A DNA stretch of 64,000 nucleotides from Desulfomonilia bacterium. GTDB lineage: Bacteria > Desulfobacterota > Desulfomonilia > UBA1062. The translations under genes and the position numbers were made by a program. The notes under the pieces are model-generated. The model saw nothing but the letters and a program-made list of their open reading frames with translations. It made no database searches and was not told the origin of the DNA. The first letter of the stretch is position 1. Each line of letters starts with the position of its first letter. The stretch covers positions 128,001 to 192,000 of the forward strand of contig JBEKDT010000004.1 in the NCBI GenBank assembly GCA_050014195.1. Direction: 5' to 3'. Of the stretch, positions 1-13,572 are shown piece by piece.

Positions 1-3529
<3,529 letters not shown>

Positions 3530-3536
<7 letters not shown>

Positions 3537-6500
3537 TTCCTTGCCTCCATCCGGTCGATGAGCGGTCCGTACACCTGCACCGCCATTTCCCGGAACTCAT
3601 CATCCAGGGGATCAATGCCTGCAAAGCAGAGGTGCATGGCTGCATCCCCCGCCTCGGCCATCCCCTGCCACCCCCCGGCCCAGGCCTTGCGGGCCTCCTG
3701 CATGGCCCTGTCCGGATTGAGAGTCTTCTTCACCACCTCTGCATAGGCGTACGAGCTCCTGGGGAAGAGGTGCACCGGCCGGCACAGGCCCTGCCAGTAC
3801 ATGTCCAGGAGCGCCTTCAGCACGACAAACGGCTCCTCCACTGCGCTGAACCGAGCCTGCCCTGCCTTGTGGATGTGCAGTCCCGTCACCTGCGCACCCG
3901 GGCTCATAGCCTGGAGCAGGAGCAGGCTGACCCAGGCCCGCATCAGGTCGCTCGGTGTGATGTCGGCATAGCGGAACGAGAGGAATCCTTGTGCCTCAAG
4001 GCTATCCACGGCCCCGAAGATCGTAAAGGCGTCCACCGCCACTGTCACGTCCTTCCTCATCATCCCGGCGCCCGTCATGGCCCGCCTGATGAGCGGGAGG
4101 AAGGCATCGATCTCACCGGCGATGCCGGATAGCGCCAGCTCGCCCGGCAGGCCGTGGGGCAGGTCCCCCTCGGCCCTGAGCCGCGACAAATCCATCTCCA
4201 CACCCTTGCCTGCGAGCCTCTCCGCAAGGACCCGCTGCTGCAGGGTGTATCGCTCCAGGCCGGTCATGGCAAAGGGCTCCCGGTCGAGCAGGGCCTCCTC
4301 CTCCCGGGGCAGCATGGCGCCGAGCCTATGCCTCAGGAAGAACCGAGCCGGGCCCCGGAAGAACTCCAGGAGGCGCTCCATGTCCACGATCCGCCACTCC
4401 TTCTCGGGCTCGGAGAGCCGCATTGCGCTGACCGGCCCTGCATGCCCATCCATGCGCAGCGCCCTGGCAGCTAAGGCATTGTCCTTGGAATAGCTGAACA
4501 GGCCCGTGCCTGCTGTGAAGTATTTCGGGTTGAAGGCCTGGAGGCAGTGGCGCACCACCACATGTTTGCTCACCGGTCCCTCCGGGGTCACAAAGGCCCG
4601 GTCCAGGTACTCCAGCAGGCTGCTCACCACCACCGAGGGCGGGATCGAGGCATTGTCCTGTATGCCCTGGCCCACGTGGCTGATGCAGAGCACGTCTCTG
4701 GCCGAGAGCAGGGCCTCGAGGAAGAGATAGAGGTCGTCTTCGCGCCTGGAGCGGTCGCCCTTGCGCGCCTGCATGGCCATAAGGTCGAGCCCGCTTGCAT
4801 AATCCCTGCGGGGGAAGGATTCATGGTTCATGCCCATGAGGCAGATCACCTTGAACGGGATGCTCCGCATGGGCAGCATGGAGCAGAAGGTGACCCCGCG
4901 CTCTAAGAAACCCGCCCCTTCCGCGGCATGGCTGAAGGCCTTAGCCAGGTGGTGCCGTACCACGTCGATGGTCACCTTGCCGGTGAATCCAGCATCCCGG
5001 GCGATCTTCTCCAGGTTCCGCACCGCTGACTTCAGCCGCAGGAGCTCCTGCACGGTCTCTTCATCCGCAGCAAAGAGGTCATCGATGATCTTCAGAAGCA
5101 CCTCCGACCACTCGCCCAATCCCCTTTCCTGCCTGAGCTCCTCCACACCCGAAAAGAGCCGGTGCACGAAGTCCACAAAGCTGCCCAGAAGCTCTGCCGA
5201 GGCAGGGTCCATGTCAATCAGCGGCGCAATGCCTTCGAAAAGTCCCTCATCGTCCCCTGCCATGGCATAGCCCAGCAGGAGCCTCTTCAGGCCAAAGCCC
5301 CAGGTGTTCTCCTCGAACCCGGGCAGGCCCATTTCCTCTTTTTCCTTGCCGTCCCTACCCCACCTGATGTTGGCATCTGTTACCCACGTATGGGCCTTCC
5401 GCACTGCCTCCTCATCCATGTTGAACCGGCTGCGCACCGGCGCCTTGTCGAGGAGGTCCATGACGAGCGACGCCTCGAAGCGCTGGCTAGGCAGGTCGAG
5501 GACGGCCATGAGCGCATCCGCGAGCTGGGAGCTCCTCCTGAACGACCGGTCCGAGATGCTGTAGGGGATGCGGCGGCTATCATCCCCAGCCATATCGAAC
5601 ACGGCGCGGATGAAGGGCGCATACGCCTCGATGTCAGGCGCCATGACCAGCACGTCCCGGGGCTCAAGGCCTTCGATCATTACCTTATCTTCCTCTCCCC
5701 TGGTGGGAGAGGATTGAGGAGAGGGGGGATTCTCGAAAAGCGCAAGCAGCGTGTCCAGGAGCACCTCCACTTCCCGCATGGGGCTGTGGCAGGAATGGAT
5801 CTGAATGGAGCAGTCCCAGGGCTCCACCTCCACCAAACCCTCTTCGCCGGGCTGCCTCAGGTTCAGGATGTCGTCCTGGACTTTGGTAAGCATGGTGGAA
5901 CGCTCACCATCATCGAACAGGTCCGTCTCCTCGGGGTCGAGGTCGAGGACCATGTCCAGGAAGTTCCTGCCGAGCCTGCCCATGCCTGCCAGGAGGTCGT
6001 TGCGCGATTCCAGGTGCAGGTCCGTCTCCGGAACCTTGCCCGCGATCCTCGTGATGCGCCTCTCCGGCATGATGTCTGCCCAGTATTCTCTGCAGGGGTT
6101 CAGGCAGTAGAGGGTGACATCGATGAGCTCTGCAAGACCTTTCAGCACCTCCAGGTGAAATGCAGGAAGATACGAGATGCCGAAGATGGACACCCGCTGG
6201 GGCAGCTGCGAGACGTCCGCCTTGGCAAGGCCGCGGCTGAAGAGCTGCTTGAGCCGGGCCCGGTGGTTCGCATCGACCCCTTCGATTATCTTTTTCCAGA
6301 GCACTGCCTGCCAGTTCTCCGGGTAGCCTGTCGGCGCGACCTTGCCCTCTTCCCATCCGAGCACGAGCTCGGGCCTGAATATGACGTACTGGTCAAAGAT
6401 GTTCGCCATCATGGCGCTGAACTGGTAGAGCTTCATGCCTGCTGTGTCGCCCTGGAGGTAGTCCCTGATCCGGCTGAAACCGACTTGGCTGAGGAGCCCT

Positions 6501-6802
6501 GGCAGGCAGTCCATGATGCATAAGCCGAGTGCATCCTTTTCGAACAAAGCGGGCTGTGTGAAACCCGGCAGGATGCGCGAGAACATGTCCAGCACAAAGG
6601 CATTGGGAAAGGGCCAGCTCACGTTCGCGCATATGCCGCTGCCGCGCGCCAGCTCCATGGAGAGCCAGCGCTGCATGCCGCGGCTCTGCACCACGATGAC
6701 CTCTGGGGCCAGCGGCGAAGAGAGCGGCTCGGCCAAGGACGCAGCAAGGGCCTGCGAAAGGACCTCGAGCCGGTTGCTCTCAATGAGTCTCAGGCCTGAC
6801 AA
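3530..6802 (-). CDS. recC: Exodeoxyribonuclease V gamma subunit
   Basis: 1090 aa; SNRLEVL, IVVQSRGMQRWL, NPCREYW, CHSPMREVEVL, PMRSIPFKVICLMGMN motifs; TTG start with GGAGG RBS; directly upstream of recB. Confidence 0.97.
5689..5730. repeat. Same palindromic element family, in-frame inside recC (opposite orientation)
   Basis: Minus strand reads atcccccctctcctcaatcctctcccaccaggggagaggaag and encodes NPPSPQSSPTRGEE. Confidence 0.75.
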
Positions 6803-6838
6803 CAGACGCCTCCGTGCATGGAATTAAAAAGTGGGGAT

Positions 6839-6847
6839 AGTATAGCA
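6839..6847 (-). promoter_or_regulatory. Candidate extended -10 promoter of recC
   Basis: Minus strand TGCTATACT (TGnTATAAT-like) ~37 nt upstream of the start; conserved as TGTTATACT in the relic copy at 15872-15880. Confidence 0.45.
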
Positions 6848-6877
6848 TGGAAGACTCGTTCTGTGGGTGGAGAAATG

Positions 6878-6906
6878 TGGCAAAAAAGGGGACATTTATT
6901 TTTACT
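6878..6906. repeat. REP-like motif A (tggcaaaaaaggggacatttattttttac)
   Basis: Near-identical copy at 37951-37978. Confidence 0.65.
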
Positions 6907-7003
6907 TCACCTATGGTCGTAAGAAATCGGCATTAAGCAATAGGACCGAATTTATACACCGCACTTTTTACGGCACCACTCAGCCATAAGAGCGAAGATA
7001 GGA

Positions 7004-7052
7004 AGATGGGAGTCAGGTCTTGCTTTTTGACTATTCCGTGTGAATCCGGGGA
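7004..7052. repeat. REP-like motif B, copy 1
   Basis: agatgggagtcaggtcttgctttttgactattccg..atccgggga; direct-repeat copy at 25192-25240. Confidence 0.7.
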
Positions 7053-7075
7053 TAAATTGATAAACATCCCCTTTC

Positions 7076-7360
7076 TTATGCTGCACGGCTCAGGCTGATG
7101 CGCATACCTGCCCTGGTCGCCAGAGTGATGAGCATCTCCAGGCTGAACTTCTCCCACTTGCCCCGGACAAGGTCCGATACCCGGGACTGGCTGATGCCGA
7201 GCATCTGAGCTGCCTGGGCCTGCGTGACCTTCTTCGCCTCTATGAGTGTGCGCAGGTCAGCCATTAGATCGGCACGCATCTTCAATATCGCTGCCTCGTC
7301 CGGGGCGAACCCCAGGTCGGTGAATACATTTCCCGAAGATTTCGTTGAGGTCTTTTTCAT
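7076..7360 (-). CDS. HigA-like XRE HTH antitoxin
   Basis: SSGNVFTDLGF N-terminus, TQAQAAQMLGISQSRVSDL HTH, FSLEML; downstream of a RelE-like toxin. Confidence 0.88.
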   Translation of the reverse strand: MKKTSTKSSGNVFTDLGFAPDEAAILKMRADLMADLRTLIEAKKVTQAQAAQMLGISQSRVSDLVRGKWEKFSLEMLITLATRAGMRISLSRAA

Positions 7361-7363
7361 ATA

Positions 7364-7678
7364 CTACACTCCTATCTGTTTGTATCTCATGCGGGCCAGC
7401 TCTATATCCTTCAGGTTTGTCTTTCTCCCTTTCTTGTGAAACGAGTGCAGAACATAGACAGCATCCGCACGTTTCGCCACGTAGATGATCCGCCATTCTC
7501 CAAGCACATGTATGCGGATCTCCTTCACACCTTTTCCTATTGTCTGCATGGGCTTCCAGTCACTGGGTTCTAAACCACATTGCACGGCGTAGAGCTCAAA
7601 GCCTACAGCCCTACGCACTTCCATGGGAAAATCACGCAGGTTATCAAGGCTTGATCCCATGAACAATAGAGCCTTCAT
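7364..7678 (-). CDS. RelE/HigB-like (Gp49/DUF891) toxin
   Basis: FMGSSLDNLRDFP, WKPMQTIGKGVKEIRI, YVLHSFHKK; toxin-first order typical of higBA. Confidence 0.88.
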   Translation of the reverse strand: MKALLFMGSSLDNLRDFPMEVRRAVGFELYAVQCGLEPSDWKPMQTIGKGVKEIRIHVLGEWRIIYVAKRADAVYVLHSFHKKGRKTNLKDIELARMRYKQIGV

Positions 7679-7882
7679 GGGATTATTATATAAGTTTTTA
7701 TATATCTGGCAACATTAATTTCATACGGACAACCAACCCCCTTATGCCTTGGAGTGGAGAATAATATACTGCTATTTTAGGGATTGACAGACGGAAACAA
7801 ATCTGTCTAAAAATGTGCCTCATGTAGTCTTTGTTATGTTTACCCTCGCAAAACTCTTGCGAGACTGAGGAGGTTGTTTCCA

Positions 7883-10800
7883 ATGAACAACACTTGCCGT
7901 GTCAGGACACGTGTCTATTCGTTTGTTCCCAGGCTGGTGTCGGTCTTGTTCCTCATCTTTCTCTTCCTTGTACCGCTGAGCCCGTCAAAGACGAGTGGAA
8001 AATCTGCTGAAATAACCTGCACCCCTGATCCCCATAACGAGATCGCCACCGACAAGAACCTTCCGCTCGGGTGCGAGATGACCCTGAGCAGTTCTTTTTA
8101 CCACGAGATCCAGGGCAATCCCCTTCTGTATGAATGGTACGGACCGTTCTCTCCGAGCACCATATCGGAGCCGGAAGTGTTCATGCCCGAAGGGACTCAT
8201 GCAGTCTCCCTGCTTACCTTTGACGGCGTGCAACGCTCTGCCCCCCACGTCCTCTACATCACGGTCGATCCGGCATTCTCCATTTCCGCCGCTGCAAAGA
8301 AGGGGAAGGTAGTTGTCACGTGGCCCCATGTGCAGGGGGCCACTCGCTTTGACATCTACCGCGCCAAAGAGAGCGACCCTAGCCGATTCGAAAAGATTGC
8401 AGAGCTCCCGGCAGCAACAACCTCCTATACGAATGTAAACCTATGCGATGCAACCTATCTGTATGCCGTGGGTGCGTTGTCAAACAGGCAGTGGCTGTAT
8501 TCTCAGGTCAAGAGCTCTCATCCGTATTTAACATCCCCGATGTGCAATTACCCGCCTGTCATATACTCCGCACCCATAACCAAGGGCATTGTGGGCCTGA
8601 AATACACCTACGACGTGCAGGGGTCAGATCCCTTGGGGGACATGCTCACCTACAGCCTCTTAAGCCCACCGGCGGGCATGAGGATAAACTCCCAGAGCGG
8701 TCTCATCGAATGGACACCTCCTTCCCTGGGAGACTATGAGGTTACGGTCAAGGTGAAGGACTGCAAGGGCTCATACAAGATACAAAAATTCATCATTGAG
8801 GTGGATGAGCTCCCCGACATCAACAGGAACCCCATTGCCGATGCAGGCGGCCCATATGCCGCAGAGGTGGGCCAGCCGATATCTTTTGACGGCTCTTCAT
8901 CCTATGACCCTGACGGCGATCCCCTCCTGTATGCATGGATCTTCGGAGACGGCTCAAGCGGAAACGGGGCCTCTCCGAGCCATGCATATGGTGCTCCCGG
9001 AACATACCAGGTTACGCTCACGGTCTCTGACGGAAGGGGCGGAACCGCGACCGATGCAACCACAGCAAGCATTCAGCAGTGCCTGCCGCCAACAGTAGGC
9101 TTCTCTTCGAACCCGGCGGCCATACGGCAGGGCGAGTCATGCACCTTGCTCTGGACATCCAAGAATGCCTCCACCCTCAGTATCGACCACGGCATCGGAG
9201 ACGTGGGTGCATCGGGAACCATCACAATACAGCCACAGGCCACTACCACCTACACGATCACCGCAACAGGCCGCTGCGGGACGGCTGCAGAGTCTGTCAC
9301 CGTCATTGTCCATTCTCCGCCTGTTGTTCATTTGACCGCTGTCCCGGGGTCCATTGCGGCAGGGCAGACATCTAAGCTCTCCTGGACATCCGAGAATGCG
9401 GATACGGTAACCATCGACCAGGGCATCGGCCCGGTGACGCCGAACGGCTCTCTCGCCGTAGCTCCCACATCTACCACAACCTACACCATTACTGCTTCCG
9501 GGCCCGGAGGGACTGCAACCGATAGTGCAACAATCACGGTATACCAGCCGCCGCATGTAAGCCTGACCTCCCAACCCCAAGCAATCGCCGAAGGCGGGGC
9601 ATCAATACTCACCTGGACATCCGAGAATGCCGACTCTGCCTTCCTGGATAACGGCCTGGGCAATGTCGCCGTGAACGGATCGCTGGCGGTTTCCCCTGCA
9701 GAGACGACAACCTACGCAATAACGGTCCAGGGTCCCGGAGGCACGGCAACAGCCAGTGCTTCAGTAACCGTGCTTCACAAGCCGGCAGTCATCATTGCGG
9801 CCTCACCCGACACCATCGACGCAGGCGAGACCGCCACCCTGACTTGGACTTCCACCAATGCCGATTCCGCATCCCTTGACCAGGGCATAGGGGCCGTGGA
9901 GGTGAACGGCAGCCTGCAGGTGAGCCCATCCGAGACGACCACCTATACCATCACTGCAACAAGCCCCGGAGGCATTGCAACCGCCTCTGTGCCGGTCGGG
10001 GTCAACCACCCGCAGCTGCAAAGAAAGGCCTGCGCATACATCACGAACATGGAGAGCGGTGATGTCACGGTGGTGGATATCTCCACGAACAGTATCATAA
10101 CCCGTATCCCGGTGGGCACGGCACCCTACGGCGTTGCCGTGAGCCCTGACGGCGACCGGGTATATATCGCATGTGGAGGGAGTGACGGCGGGATATATGT
10201 CATTGATACCATTACCAATACGGTGGCAGGCACCATAGAAGGAATATATGCGACCACCCTGGCAGTGAACCCGGATGGATCGATCATCTATGCCGTGTCA
10301 GCCGTTGACGGGACACTCACGGCTATCGATGCACATTCCCATGGGGTCATCGGGGTCGTTCAGACAGGACCGTCGCCTTTCGGGATAGCTGTAAAACCCG
10401 ATGGAACAAGGATCTACATCACATCCATGGAAGATGGCACCATGAGGGTGATCGATGCTGCAACCTTGGCAGTCATAGACACCGTGCAGATTGTATACAC
10501 GGGGAAGCCCCTCTGGGATGTCGAGGTGAGCCCCGACGGGGCATTTGTGTATGTGGTGTCGAGTGATTCATGCCTCCTCGCCGTCATCGACACGAACACG
10601 GATGCTTTCGTGAACTCACATTTTTACATGCCCGAGAGGCATCTCGGAAGATGTTATCTTGCTGTGAGCCCTGATGGAAACCGCATATACCTGAGCATAA
10701 ACAATAGCACCTATTCCGCAGGATCGGTCTATGTCATTGACACACTCTCCCTTGGTGTTGTGAACAGGATTACCGCAGTATCCCCTTCGGACCTGTCATT

Positions 10801-12712
10801 CACCCCGGACGGAACATTCCTTTATGTGCCCGATAGCGGGGCAAACGGCGTCATGGTCATCGATTCCGGGTCAGACTCAGCGGCTGCTTTCCTGGGAGAC
10901 GATTTCAGCCGCCCCACGACCTGCGGCCATTTCATCACGAAACATAGGGAGCGGATTACCGGCAGGATCGTGGCCGATGGCGCGGGGGTCGAGGGAATCA
11001 TGGTCACGCTCACCGATGGCCGCATGACCTGGAGCTGTCCGACCGATGCACAGGGACGCTACATTTTCTATGCACCGCCCGGCAGCTATACCCTTTTCTT
11101 TTCCGGCAGGGGATATGCATTCGCGCAGCAGAACCTGGCAGTGAATGTCAGCGACAGGGAGATATCCATCACGGATACCGAGGTGCTTCTGGGCGTGAAG
11201 ATATGGTCGGAGCCCGGTTCAATAGCATCCGGACGAACGGCACTCCTGCTCTGGAGCTCGATCAAGGCTTCAAGCATCACCATAGACCAGGGCATCGGCA
11301 GTGTGGGAACGAGCGGTTCTTACGCAATATCTCCAAACGAGACCACGACCTATACGATAACCGCTTTTGACGGCCAGGGCAGGACAGTGACTGACCAGGT
11401 GACGGTGACCGTCTTCCCTCAGCCCCAGGTGAATATCAGTGCGGAGCCGCAGGTAATTTTGAAAGGACAGCCTGCCACCCTGTCATGGACGAGCACCAAT
11501 GCGGATACACTTACCTTGGGGCCATACGGATGGAATCTGGAGAACATCGGCTCTATCACGGTATTCCCTCAGGAGACCACGACCTACACCATTACCGCTT
11601 CAGGTCCGGGCGGGATTGCCACCGCCTCTGCCACTGTGACCGTGTATGAGCCGCCCCAGGTCACTATCTCAGCAAACCCCCAGACCATCTATGCAGGTGA
11701 ATCCTCTCTTCTCACCTGGTCCTCTTCCAATGTAGATCATGTCAGCATCGACAACGGCATCGGCAATGTGGAACCCGGCGGCTCAATGACCGTGAACCCC
11801 GCAAAGACCACGACTTATACCATCACCGCATCAGGCCCGGGCGGGGTCGCCGAGGCTTCAGCCACCCTGACCGTGAACAGCATCATCAGCCTCCACATCG
11901 ATTCCCCGGCAGAGGGAGCCCTCATCGACAGGCCGGACATCCTGGTGAAAGGCACCATGACAAACGTATACGGCAATGAGACCGGGGTGACGGTGAATGG
12001 GGTTCCGGCTGTCATTCATGGGGACAGGTTCTTTGTGAATCATGTGCCGCTCTCTCCAGGAGAGAATTCTCTGATAGTGCGGGCCGCCGATGTTCAAGGG
12101 AATGCTTCCGAAGTCGTTATTCCCCTTGATTGCGAGGTTACAGGGCCTTACATCACCCTGTCCGTCAATGATGCCGCGGGTATTTCACCATTCGAGTCAA
12201 TATTGAGGGTGGAGTCCTTCTTCGAGCCTGACAGCCTTACCTTCTCAGATTCCGGTCCCGGACAGATCGAGTATCTTGACGGATCGGATACGAATGAACG
12301 GCTCATAAAAATCCCAAATGCCGGAGTCTATTTCATTACGGCAAGGGTTTATAAAACCGGGGTGCTCTATACAGATACAATAGGGACTGTTGTACATGAC
12401 CGGACAGAACTTGATGGGATGCTCAGGCAGAAGTGGGCAGGCATGCGCACTGCCCTCCTGAATAATGATATTGATACGGCAGTGAAAGACATATCAAGCA
12501 GGACAAAAAATATATACCGGAATGCATTTGGCTATCTCACCGACAGCCAAAGAAGCAGCCTGGTGAATGAAATTGGTGACATCCGGCTCATCAAGATGAG
12601 AGGCACCGGAGTGGAATATGACATCCAGACAACAAGGGATGGTACCCTTTACTCATACATTCTTCTCTTCGATCTGGACGAAGACGGGATGTGGAAGGTC
12701 GCAAACTTTTGA
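7883..12712 (+). CDS. Large secreted multidomain surface protein (FN3/Ig-like, PKD, 7 Ig-like repeats, YVTN beta-propeller)
   Basis: ATG 7883 after GAGGAGG; hydrophobic N-terminus; PKD motif ADAGGPY..FDGSSSYDPDGDPLLYAWIFGDG; seven ~77-aa repeats W.S.NA..ID.GIG.V...GS..P..TTTYTITA; AYITN / AVSPDG propeller blades. Confidence 0.85.
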   Translation: MNNTCRVRTRVYSFVPRLVSVLFLIFLFLVPLSPSKTSGKSAEITCTPDPHNEIATDKNLPLGCEMTLSSSFYHEIQGNPLLYEWYGPFSPSTISEPEVFMPEGTHAVSLLTFDGVQRSAPHVLYITVDPAFSISAAAKKGKVVVTWPHVQGATRFDIYRAKESDPSRFEKIAELPAATTSYTNVNLCDATYLYAVGALSNRQWLYSQVKSSHPYLTSPMCNYPPVIYSAPITKGIVGLKYTYDVQGSDPLGDMLTYSLLSPPAGMRINSQSGLIEWTPPSLGDYEVTVKVKDCKGSYKIQKFIIEVDELPDINRNPIADAGGPYAAEVGQPISFDGSSSYDPDGDPLLYAWIFGDGSSGNGASPSHAYGAPGTYQVTLTVSDGRGGTATDATTASIQQCLPPTVGFSSNPAAIRQGESCTLLWTSKNASTLSIDHGIGDVGASGTITIQPQATTTYTITATGRCGTAAESVTVIVHSPPVVHLTAVPGSIAAGQTSKLSWTSENADTVTIDQGIGPVTPNGSLAVAPTSTTTYTITASGPGGTATDSATITVYQPPHVSLTSQPQAIAEGGASILTWTSENADSAFLDNGLGNVAVNGSLAVSPAETTTYAITVQGPGGTATASASVTVLHKPAVIIAASPDTIDAGETATLTWTSTNADSASLDQGIGAVEVNGSLQVSPSETTTYTITATSPGGIATASVPVGVNHPQLQRKACAYITNMESGDVTVVDISTNSIITRIPVGTAPYGVAVSPDGDRVYIACGGSDGGIYVIDTITNTVAGTIEGIYATTLAVNPDGSIIYAVSAVDGTLTAIDAHSHGVIGVVQTGPSPFGIAVKPDGTRIYITSMEDGTMRVIDAATLAVIDTVQIVYTGKPLWDVEVSPDGAFVYVVSSDSCLLAVIDTNTDAFVNSHFYMPERHLGRCYLAVSPDGNRIYLSINNSTYSAGSVYVIDTLSLGVVNRITAVSPSDLSFTPDGTFLYVPDSGANGVMVIDSGSDSAAAFLGDDFSRPTTCGHFITKHRERITGRIVADGAGVEGIMVTLTDGRMTWSCPTDAQGRYIFYAPPGSYTLFFSGRGYAFAQQNLAVNVSDREISITDTEVLLGVKIWSEPGSIASGRTALLLWSSIKASSITIDQGIGSVGTSGSYAISPNETTTYTITAFDGQGRTVTDQVTVTVFPQPQVNISAEPQVILKGQPATLSWTSTNADTLTLGPYGWNLENIGSITVFPQETTTYTITASGPGGIATASATVTVYEPPQVTISANPQTIYAGESSLLTWSSSNVDHVSIDNGIGNVEPGGSMTVNPAKTTTYTITASGPGGVAEASATLTVNSIISLHIDSPAEGALIDRPDILVKGTMTNVYGNETGVTVNGVPAVIHGDRFFVNHVPLSPGENSLIVRAADVQGNASEVVIPLDCEVTGPYITLSVNDAAGISPFESILRVESFFEPDSLTFSDSGPGQIEYLDGSDTNERLIKIPNAGVYFITARVYKTGVLYTDTIGTVVHDRTELDGMLRQKWAGMRTALLNNDIDTAVKDISSRTKNIYRNAFGYLTDSQRSSLVNEIGDIRLIKMRGTGVEYDIQTTRDGTLYSYILLFDLDEDGMWKVANF

Positions 12713-12797
12713 ACTATCCCGTTGCGATTGAACATCTGCTAAGGGGTTGTGATGGTATCATTACAGGTACTACAGGGCTTGTTTTGAAAAAGGGGGA

Positions 12798-13547
12798 ATG
12801 GGAATGCTGACAAAAAAGGCATGTCTGATACTGACCATGGCGATGCTTCCTCTCGGTCTTATGGGTGCAGACCTGTTCGGGAATGTGACATTCAGGGGCA
12901 AGGTGATCGATGCAGACACCCTCAAACCCATCGAAGGGGCGGTGGTAGTGGCCGAGTGGGAGAAATGCCACCCAGGGATAGGTGAAGGCTCATTATGTGA
13001 TTTCAAGATGGTTAAAGAGACACTGACAAATGCTTCTGGTGAGTGGAGCATCACAGGGCCACAAGGTGATAGTTTACCTAGTAAGACTCGGGAGATTCTC
13101 GGGTTCATCGTATCATGGACAGCACCGCCTCGTTTTCAGATCTACAAACAAGGGTACTGCAGACTTCACCAGAAACCAGGCGGATTACATGCATATCCAT
13201 ATGTAAATAAAGAAAAGAGGTTGGAAGGGATCGTATTGGTCCGCATGGGTGATACGAAAGAAGAGGAAAATGAATTTATGAAACAATATCTTCTAGAAGG
13301 TTTCGTTCCTTTTATTCCAGTTAAGGATCCGGAGAGGAAGCTTCGGGAGCTGAATTTCGACTTTCGATACCCTCCTGATGTTATGAGTATAAGGGATGTT
13401 TGGGAAAACACTATGTATGATGTAATCGGTTTAAAGAAGGCAGTGACACAAGAAGAAAAGAAGGAAGCGGAAATATTGCCTGCCACTGTAGATCATTGGA
13501 TTTATCTGCCTCTGTTAAGGAAGACAGTTGAAAATAGTATGAAATGA
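12798..13547 (+). CDS. Exported protein with carboxypeptidase-regulatory-like N-terminal domain
   Basis: Signal-like N-terminus, then FRGKVIDADTLKPIEGAVVVAEW. Confidence 0.7.
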   Translation: MGMLTKKACLILTMAMLPLGLMGADLFGNVTFRGKVIDADTLKPIEGAVVVAEWEKCHPGIGEGSLCDFKMVKETLTNASGEWSITGPQGDSLPSKTREILGFIVSWTAPPRFQIYKQGYCRLHQKPGGLHAYPYVNKEKRLEGIVLVRMGDTKEEENEFMKQYLLEGFVPFIPVKDPERKLRELNFDFRYPPDVMSIRDVWENTMYDVIGLKKAVTQEEKKEAEILPATVDHWIYLPLLRKTVENSMK

Positions 13548-13572
13548 TTGCTGAAGAGGAGGTCTTGGTGAA

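Noticed and set aside
9080-11880. Repeated DNA motifs (accacgacctacaccat..) in the large gene
   Set aside because: Explained by the encoded Ig-like protein repeats.
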